A model generated the notes under the pieces. The model was not told the DNA's origin. It saw only the letters and a list, made by a program, of their open reading frames with translations, and made no database searches. 64,000 bases of DNA from Rebecca billardiae RCC1528 (Eukaryota > Protista > Haptophyta): the NCBI GenBank assembly GCA_965240325.2, contig OZ251237.1, forward strand, positions 930,001 to 994,000. The letters are read 5' to 3'. Made by a program: the position numbers and the translations under genes. Shown piece after piece: positions 54,901 through 64,000 of this stretch. How positions within the stretch are numbered: position 1 is the stretch's first letter; each line of letters opens with the position of its first letter.

Positions 54901-57900
54901 CCCGACGCCTGCGAGAGCATGCGCAGGATCAGGTCCTCCAGCTCGACGATCTTGCGCTTGCCCGCCGCGACCGCGACCACGAGGTCGTTCTTCTCGACCT
55001 CGAGCTCGGGCCGCTCCTTGCGCACGACCGCGCCGAGCAGCTGGTCCTCGAGGCCCTGCTCCTTGACGGAGAAGTTGACGATGGTCGACTTGGTCGAGAT
55101 CTCCGGCGTGTAGTGCGGGTTGCCCAGCTTCGTCGTCAGGTAGAACTTGAAGTCGTAGTTGTAGTCGACCTCCTTGTCGCCGATCCGCAGGATCGAGCGG
55201 TTGCCCGACTTGACGATCGCCTTGGACATGATCGGCTCGAGCGACGGGTCGAGCTCCTCGAGGACCTCCTGCATGAGCACGGGCGCACCGAAGGAGATGG
55301 CGTTCTCGAGCGTGCGCAGGAAGTCCGACTGCTTCAGCGTGATCAGCTTCAGCCCGTTCTCCTTCTCGTGGTTCTTCACCCACTTGTTGGCCTGCTCCTG
55401 CGGGTCGATCATGAGCGGCCAGCGCGTGCCGCGCGTGACGAGCACGCCGTTCTCGGTGGAGAAGGCGTCCTGCGGCAGCCCCTGGATGTTCCAGTCGCGC
55501 ACGTCCTCGGGGTTGGAGAGGAACGTGCAGAAGTCGAAGTCCGCGCTCGACGGGATCTCGAGCTGCTTCACCGCGAGCAGCCACTGGTCGTTGACGAGCG
55601 CGTTGCGGTACTCGGACGGGAACGGGCCGCAGTACGAGAGGAACGCGGCCGCGACGAGGCAGTCGCCGGGCAGCGCGGCGAACTGCTCCTCGTACCGCGC
55701 GATCGAGCCCTCCCAGCGCTCGCGCTCGCCGCCCAGCCCGTCCACCAGCGCCGTCGCGCGCTCGAGCTTGATCTCGAGCTCCTCCGACTCCTGCTTGAGC
55801 CGCTCCTTGTTGGAGACGTTGTCGTTGTACTTCTCCTTGAGCGCAAACACCTTGTCGGTGATCTCCTGCAGCGAGGCCTTGGCGGCGGCGTGCGCCTCCT
55901 GCTTCTGCGAGAGCTGGCGCATCGCCGCCTGCACCTTGGCGCGCTTCGGCGCGACGTCCTTCGCGATCCGGCCGTACACCTCCATCGCGCGCACCCACAT
56001 GCACAGCGACTTTGCCGCCTTGGACACCTGGCCGACGCCGTCCGGGTCGAACTCGGGCTTGGTGGTGAACTTGGAGACCTTGTTGAGCAGCGAGTCGGTG
56101 AGCGCGTCCTTGTCGTAGTTGATCAGCCGGTTCAGGAAGTTCGGGTCGCCGAGCTGCTTCTTCGCCTCGTTCCACGACGGCTCCGCCTTGCAGAGCACCA
56201 TCACGCCCGAGAGCACGAGCGCGACGACGTCGGGCGGCTTCTGGTACGCCTTGATCTCGGACATGTCCTTCTTGTTGAGGAGCTCGAGCGCCTTCTGCGC
56301 GGCCTCGAGCGCGGGCAGCGCCTTGTCCAGGTCCGCCTGCGCCTCCTCCGCCTGCGCCTTGCACTGCACCTCCTCCAGCCCGATCTTCTCCGACTCGGCG
56401 GTGACCGTCTTCTGCTGCTCGTCCACCTGCCGCTTCTCCTGCACGATCACGACGAGCAGCTCCTCGCACTCGGTCTGCGCCTTGGCGACGACCTTCTTCT
56501 TCTGCTCGAGCTCGACGGACATCTCGCGCACCTGCACCGCCGTGTCCGACAGCTTGTTCAGCCCGCCCACCAGCTTGTTGCGCAGCTCGCCCACGTGCCG
56601 CCGCTTCTCGTGCAGCAGCTCGCAGTAGCCCTTCACGAGCGAGAGGTAGTTGGTCGGCGTCGTGTAGTTGTGCCGCTGCAGCCCGGCGAGCATGCGGCGC
56701 GAGGCGTCGATCACGGAGTAGTGCGCGGAGGCGAAGACGGTGCTCACGTTCTCGATCACCTGCGGCTCGCCCAGCTCGATCGACTCGAGGAACTTCATCG
56801 CCACCTCCTGCAGCGCCGCCTTGGGCCAGTCAGCAAACCAGTCGATCGTCGTGCAGTTCACGAGCGACGGGAACATGCGCACGTAGTTGCGGAACGAGTC
56901 GCCGACGGGCGACATGGCGAGGACGATGTGCATGTTGGAGCGCGAGCGCTCGATGAAGAACGCCCACAGCTCGTCGTTCGTCTCGCCCATCCCCGCCTCC
57001 TTGGCCGGGCCGCGGATGGCCTCGCGCAGCGCTGAGAGGTCCTCCGGCGCGTATAGGTTGGGCACCTCGCCCGACGTGAGCATCGAGTTGATGTCCTCGA
57101 GGAAGGACTTCTCGATGACCTGCGTGTCGTTGAAGAGGAAGACCGTCTGCTTCCCCTGCGCGCCCGTCAGGTCGAACAGCTTGCGCAGGTCCTCGTGGAA
57201 CTCCGCCTTCTTGTACGAGCGCGTGATCTCGACCTGGAAGAGGCCGTAGTCGGACATGAACGCGGCGAGCTTGGTGAGCGACTGCCGGCCCGAGCCGCCC
57301 ACGCCGACGAGCATCGCGTTGCCGCGCGGCATGGAGATCACGCGGCGCACGCGGCACACGTGCTCGATCGCGTCGCGGAACAGCACCAGGTCCATCGCCG
57401 AGAACCCCTCCATGTTGTACTCCTCGAGCTTGTCCTCCATGTAGCGCTTGAGCCCGCCCGCGTCGTTCATCTCCTCGTACGGCGGCCGCTTGTCGCCGAC
57501 GGGCTCGCGCATGAAGTCGCCGAAGGGCGGGCACGCGCCCTCGTCGCGGAAGAGCCGGCCCCACGCCGAGCCGAACCGCGACTCGAGCTTGTCCGAGACG
57601 ATGCGCTTGAGCGTCGCGCGGTCCGCGTCGGTCGAGAGCCGGTCGGAGAAGACGCGCAGCACCTCGTGCACCCACAGCCGGATCACGCCGTCCTTCGAGT
57701 CGTAAAAGTCGCGGCTCATCTGGAGCACGCCCTCGAAGACGCGCGAGATGTCGCGCAGGTTGAACACGTAGTGCGGCTTGTCCGGCGTGGGCAGCAGGTC
57801 GGTGCACGCCTTCTGGTACAGCTCGTACGTCGCTGACGTGATCATCTCGCCGACCGGCTTGATCTCCTCGTCAAAGTCGACGAGCTTCGCGTTGATCAGC

Positions 57901-60900
57901 GTGCCGAAGATGCGCTTGATCGCGGGCTCGGAGGGGAAGGTGACGTTGAGCACGTGGAACTTGGAGAGCACGCGCGGCGAGATCACCGTGCGCCCGCCGC
58001 CGGGGTGCCCCATCGCGGCGAGCAGCTGCATCTCCTTGACGTACTTGGGCGACTGCTTCTTGAGGTCGTACCAGAACTCGTATTCCATCCACATGCGCAG
58101 CAGCTCGAGCGGCGGCTGCGCGCCAAAGACCTCCTTCTCGGGCATGTTGAAGTCGTCGACGAAGGTGACGAGGCGGCGCCCGCCGGGCGGCGCGTACGTG
58201 TCCTTCGTGCGCTTCTCGATCCGCGTCTCGATCGTGTCCGACACGCGCACCGAGTTGGTCTGCGCGGAGAAGTTGATGTTGAGCCACGTGGTCGACTCGT
58301 CGAGCCCGGCGAGCACCGAGAAGATGATCGACGACTTGGCGACGCCGGACTCGCCGGTGACGAGCGTGTTCCGCCGCGCGCGCACGAGCGTCGAGATCAC
58401 CGACGAGTAGCGCACCGTGTCGATCGTCGGCACGAACAGCCGGTAGAACGGCAGCTCGAAGTTGGGCCGCCACGCGTGGTTCACCTTGTCGTCCCACGGC
58501 GCCCACGACCGCTTCTTCGGGTCGATGTAGCAGTCGTACACGAGCCCCTTGCCCGGGATCTGCGCGTCGATCTCGCGGAAGAGCGAGTCCATCTCCATCC
58601 GGCCGGGCTCGTCCACCGTGATCCCCACCGTCCACAGCAGGCAGAAGAGGAACCACAGCTCCGTCATCCGCGCGTACGACTGGTCCTTCGGGTCGACGCC
58701 GTTCTCGGCCGTCGCGACGTGGTCGAACATCTGCGTGAGCGAGACGACGCAGCACACGTCCGGCACGGGGACGGGCTCCTTGCACCGGTTGGCGCGCAGC
58801 TCGAGCGCCTTGTTGAGGCACTTGTCGCACAGCTCGCGCAGCACCGCCGCCTGCTCCTTCGACTCGTTCCGCTGCAGCCACGAGTCGACGTACGGCTGGT
58901 GGCCGAGGTCGGCCGCGTCCACGTACACCATGCCGGCGCGCGAGACGGTCGCGGGCGACGCGACCGAGAGGTCCATCACCTCGAAGAGGAGCGAGACCTG
59001 CGGCGGCATGGCGATGCGCTCGCCGTTGATCAGCGTGAGCATCTTGTTGTCGTCGAGCACCGTGTTCATCGACTCGATCCACAGCGTGTCCACCGGGCCG
59101 TCGAGCAGCAGCCACTTCTGGTCGGGCTTCTCGTCCGCGCACACCTCGCGCATCACCTTGGAGAGCACGCCGTCCGTCCACTCGAAGGTCTGCAGGTCGT
59201 ACTCGCCGTAGAGGTTGGCGTACGGGATGGCCTTGGGGTTGATCACGAACGTGCGCACCGAGACGAACCCCTCGACCCCCTCGCGCTTCAGCCGGCCCAT
59301 CGCCTTGACGAGCGTCTGCCACGCGGTCGACTTGCCCGAGAGCGTCGAGCCGACCAGCATGTTGCCGTGGCGCGTCAGCTTCGACTCGTAGGTCTGGATG
59401 GCCTTCTTGATGGTCTGCGGGTGCTTCTGCAGGCCGGCGAGCTCGAGCTCGGCCTCGATCGCCGCCTGCAGCGCGCCGTAGTCCACCACCGGCACCTCGG
59501 TCGAGGGGAACAGGTCGGAGACGAGCGCGTTGAACAGCGGCATGTCCTGCGAGATGAACTTTGGCACGTTCATGTCGCGGATCGCGCGCAGCAGGATCAC
59601 GTCCTCCGCGTTGTCCGGGTCGGCGCGCTTGAGCGCGCCAGCGGAGTTGAGCACCGAGCGCACCGAGCGCAGGCCGTAGTCGTAGTGGTCCTGCTTCGAC
59701 AGCTGCTGGATGCACATCTGGTACAGCGTCGTCATCTTCTTGGCGAGCACCTTGGCGGTCGTGAAGCCCTCGGCAAAGAGCATGATCTCGATGATGAGCG
59801 AGATGTCGGGCACCATCATCGAGATGGGCCGGAGCAGCGCCTTGAGGTTCTCGGGCAGCTCGGAGCGCCCGGCGTAGCCCGGGTTCATCGTGACGAAGAT
59901 GCCGCACGTCGGGTCGAGCTTGATCTCCGCGTCCTCGAACCAGAAGCGCGTCTTGCCCGCGGTGATCGCCGACAGGATCGAGAGGATCTGCTGCGCGACG
60001 ACCGAGAGCACCTCGACCTCGATGCGGTTGAACTCGTCGAAGCACGACCACGCGCCGGTCTGCGCGAGGCCGGAGAACATGCGGCCGAGCGAGCGGTAGT
60101 CCAGCCCGTCGGAGCAGTTGAACACGATGCACGCCTTCGCCAGCGCCTTCGACAGGTCCTTGACCGTCTCCGTCTTGCCCGTGCCGGCCGGGCCCTGCGG
60201 CAGCCCGCCGCGCCGCAGGTGCAGCGCGGTCGTGAGCGTCGTGTAGCAGCGGTCGGTGAGCGGCGTGATGACGAGCCGGCCGTTGTTGCCGAGGTACTCG
60301 TACCCGTACACGTGGCGCGTGTTCGTCTGCCGCACCACGCACACGTTGTCCTGCCCCTCCCAGTAGAAGCGCAGCTGCAGCAGCCACTCAAAGTCGTTGA
60401 CCGACTGGCAGCCGCCCTTGGCCATCCGGTCGATCACGTCGCGGCCGTGCACCTCGATCGTGATGATCGCGACGACCTTCTTGCGGTCGACCTTGCCGAG
60501 CGAGCCGCGCACCATGTCCGAGAACTTGCCCAGCAGCGACACCTGCTTCTTCTTGAGCTGGCGCAGCGCGTGCTTGTTGCCCTTCTCGGCGTCGTTGAGC
60601 GCCTTGGTGCAGCCGACCGTCCACTCGATCTGGCCCGAGGTGAGCGCGAGCTGCCCCGCCCACTCCTTGATCCACTTCTCCTTCTTGGTGCGGCGCATCT
60701 CGGAGTAGCACATGAAGAGCAGCTTCTCCAGCGTGCCGCGCATGCCCAGCTCGACGTTGAGCAGCCACGTCTCGACCGGCCCCGAGCATGCGACCGGCGC
60801 GGACAGCGGCACGACCTCGCCGTCCGGCGAGTTCATCGCGACGGCCTCGTAGGTCTTGCGCCCGTCGCGGCCGGGCGGCAGCATCTCGAGCGTCTTGATC

Positions 60901-63900
60901 GCCTCGAAGCACTTCTTCACGTGCGGCTGCACCGCCGTCGGGTCGCGCGCCTGCCCGAGGATCTCGAGCAGGTCGTCGTTCGACAGGAAGTAGAAGCGCG
61001 GGAACGCCTGCCGCTTGGTCTCGAGGTACTTGTCGAGCGACTTCTGGATCTTCTGCAGCTTGCCGTCCATGTCGGCGAGGCGCGCGGGGATGCCCTGCGC
61101 GTGCGTCGCCTTGAGCGCGGTGTGCGCCGCCTGCATCGTGCTCATCACGTGCTTGTAGTTGGCGTTCACCTCCTCGAACATGGCCGACTCGGTCGGCAGC
61201 TGCTTGCGGATGTCCTCCGAGCCGCCAAAGATCGACTCGAGGTACATCCACTGGCGCTGCACGGCCATGAGCAGCTCGATCGTCTCGGAGACGTGCGAGA
61301 GCGCGCGCTCCCACCGGTCCAGGTCCGCCACGAACGCCGCCGCGTACCGCGACGCCTTCATCGTCGAGAGCAGCACCGCGTTGTCCTCGAGCGCAGTGAA
61401 GACGTCCTCGACCGTCTTCACCTTGAGGTACTCGCCCTTGTACTCGGTGAGCTCGAGCGGGAGCTCGGCGAACTGGCGGTCGATCTTCTCGACGGCCTGC
61501 TCGATGGCGAGCTCCTTCCCCGCCGCGGTCGAGATCGTCGCGATCACGTCGACGTACAGGTCGAGCCCGAGCGAGAAGACCTTCTCGAGCGTGAAGTCGT
61601 CTGAGTGCGGGTTGAAGTGCTTGCCGATCTCCTCCATGAGCTGCGCCCAGTGCCGGTCGCGCAGCGCGTCGTTGCGCAGGTCGAGGATGAGCGGCAGCGT
61701 CTTCTTGAACTGGTCGACCTGCTCCTTCAGCGACTCCAGCGCCTTCCACGACTTCACCTCGCGCTGCAGCTTGTAGATCCGCTTCGAGAACGTCTGCGCG
61801 AACGCCTCCATCGAGCCGACGTCCATCGTGCCAAACTTGCCGTACTTCCACTCGGCCCAGTGCTCGTTCCACTCGCGGCGCATGTCCCAGACGGACTTGA
61901 GCAGCTCGAGGTCGCGCTCGGTCTGCGTGGTCTCCTTGTTCGCCGGCGGCTCGATCGAGAAGATGTCCAGCCCCGGCCGCATCTGCGACTCCTTCGAGCG
62001 GAGCGACGCGGCGTTCTGCGCAAACTCGGTGACGAGCTCGGCGGCGCGCTCCTCGGTGAACTCGTCGGAGAAGGGGCCGTTGCGCAGGAAGTCGGAGCGG
62101 AAGTTGGCGACCTGCGAGTTGAAGTCGTTGAGCGACTGCAGCAGGTCGTCGCGGAAGTCGCCCTTCGCCTTCTCCAGCCGGCGCTCCGCGTCGACGAGCG
62201 CCTGCTTGTACGTCGCCCACTCGGCGCCGAGCGCCGCGAGCCGCGCGAGCTCCTCCTCCTTCACCGTCACCTCGCACTTCTCGAGCAGCTTGTACTGCGC
62301 CTGCAGCGGCTCGAAGCGCGTCTCGTTCTTCTCGACGTCGCCCTGCTCCTGGTGCAGCACGTTGATCTGGTCCGCGAGCTGGTCGAGGTTGAGCGGCCGC
62401 TTCTTGAACGTCGCGCTCACCTTGGCCATGTGCGAGTAGAGCGAGCTGAGCTCCGAGTTGGCGTTCGAGTTGAGCAGGTCGGTGAACTTGCCCTGCCACT
62501 TGTGGCAGTGGCCGGTGAGCGCCTGCTTGAGCGGCGACGAGTCGATGCGGATGAAGCCCGAGTTGGTGATCCCCTCCTCCGACTGGATCTCGTTCTGCAG
62601 CTCGCGGTACCGCTGGATGTCCGTCTCGAACGCCGTGAGCGAGCGGTTCGCCTTGGCGTACCGGCGCATGAACGCGTCCTTGTCGACGTCCCAGATGTGC
62701 TTGTACCGGTCCCACGTGGTGAGGTACTTCTGCATCTTGGCCTGCACGCCGTTCATGCCGCCGATGATCTGGCCGACGATCTTGATGATGTCCTCGTCGC
62801 CCGAGATCGCCTCGAAGAACGTGAGCTTGCGCTCGGCCTCGACGCCCTCGCCCGTGCGCATCCCCTCGGTCAGCCGCGGCACGACCGCGACCGTCGAGAT
62901 CGCCTCGCGCGAGACGGTCTCGACGGTGTCCTTGAGGTTGGGGATGGTCGGCTTGAACTCGACGCGGTTGTTGTCCAGCACCGCGTTGATGCGGAACAGC
63001 GGCTGCACGTCCGTGCGCGCGTCGCCGTTGATCGCGCGCGCGAGCTCCTGCAGCGACTTTTTGACGGTCGTGCGCAGCGCCTCCTCGAGCATCTTGTCGA
63101 CCTTCTCGACGAAGCGGAGCCACTCGGCCTGCACGTCGTCGCCGTCGTAGCGGAAGGTCTCGAACGCGCGCATCATCGTCGAGCGCACCTCCTGCTGCGT
63201 GTCCTCCAGCGTCTGCCGCATCGCGTCCGCGTGCGCGCGCTGCTGCGTCTGGAATTCGACGTCGTCGTACACCTGCTTCTTGCGGATCGAGACGAGCACC
63301 ATCGCGGCGACCGCGCGGCACGCGCGCGTGATCTGGTCCTTCGCCGCCTTGAAGTCGACGACGAGGGAGCGCACGTCGGAGCAGTGCTTGCGGCACTCGC
63401 GGATGTAGTCGGTGATCCCGCGGCTCGCCCACTTCAGCTTGCCCAGCCCGGGCGTGATCTTCTTGTCGAGGAAGAGGATCCGCTCGTGGAAGAGCCGCCG
63501 CTCCTCACGCGAGAGCATCGACAGGATCGAGTTGTAGTCGCGCACGACGAGCATCACGTTCTCGCGCATGATGCGGAAGCGCTCGCGGTGCGTGGTGATC
63601 TCCATCGCGACGAACGGGATCTCGTACCGCAGCTTCTCCCAGTAGTGCACCTCGTTGAAGAGCCGGATCAGCACCTTGTCGAAGTTCTGCTCGAGCGCGC
63701 CGCCCGACTCGCGGTCGCCGCGCTTCACGAGCGCCGTGTCGAGGTGGTCGAGCAGCATCGCCTCGGCGCGGACCATGAGCGCCTTCTCGAGGTGCGCGGC
63801 GAGCCCCGCCTCGATCGTCTGCACCCAGTCGCCGTAGCACCGCCGGATGTACTCCTCGAGCGCCGACTCGAGCTGCGTGCACGTCGCGCGCGCGTCCTCC

Positions 63901-64000
63901 GCCTCGCGCGTCGACGGCAGCCGCTGCGCCTGCAGCTTGGCCGACTGCTGCTGGATGCGCACCAGCCGGCCCTTGGCCCACATGGCCGAGCCGGCGTAGC
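51934..64000 (-). CDS. DNAH2: Axonemal inner-arm dynein heavy chain, DNAH2 / I1-beta (DHC10) type; 5' end lies beyond the window
   Basis: FPRFYFLSNDDLLEILGQ; YGYEYLGNNGRLVITPLTDRCY..LTTALHL; P-loops GPAGTGKT, GSTLSGKS, GESGVAKS and GVGGSGRQS; stalk; C-terminal HWVKRGTALLL. Introns at 53828-53921, 53558-53688 and 53242-53396. Confidence 0.93.

Noticed and set aside
58330-58356. Dynein AAA3 Walker A reads GESGVAKS rather than GxxGxGKT
   Set aside because: Ala/Ser at this position occurs in other axonemal dynein AAA3 loops, so it is not evidence of inactivation.

Overview
This is eukaryotic, very GC-rich (roughly 70-75% by eye), gene-dense nuclear DNA with short GC-rich spliceosomal introns. 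The style (GTGCGC donors, GCGCAG acceptors, (CG)n-rich introns, axonemal dynein) fits a flagellated alga, most plausibly a Pavlovales haptophyte such as Diacronema; the organism call is inference. I can support 14 protein-coding genes: ASH2L (partial), an Orai-like 4-TM channel with a ubiquitin-like tail, a ~2950-aa tandem two-repeat CNBD/ankyrin (Shaker/AKT-like) channel, a GT92-like glycosyltransferase, a GNL3/NUG1 GTPase, INTS9, ERD2, a ~4690-aa WW-PDZ-UBA-HECT E3 ligase, an 18-repeat LRR receptor-like protein, a GT47 exostosin, a TLC/NTT nucleotide transporter, a PKG-like kinase, a small DUF3427/SRA-like protein and DNAH2-type dynein (partial). I reconstructed 24 introns by hand, and all keep the reading frame. 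No rRNA, tRNA, CRISPR array or recognisable transposon was seen. The most interesting items are: (1) the tandem channel with one intact GYG filter and one degenerate filter plus a linker EF-hand, directly downstream of the Orai-like gene; (2) a CDCA7/WDR76-like helix fused to a DUF3427-like putative modified-DNA reader; (3) an unusual intron grammar (GTRCGY donors, distal branch points, no polypyrimidine tract); (4) a mosaic, hypervariable LRR array; and (5) a layout of tiny divergent promoters versus palindrome- and TA-rich 3' spacers. All family calls come from motif recognition by eye, not database searches.
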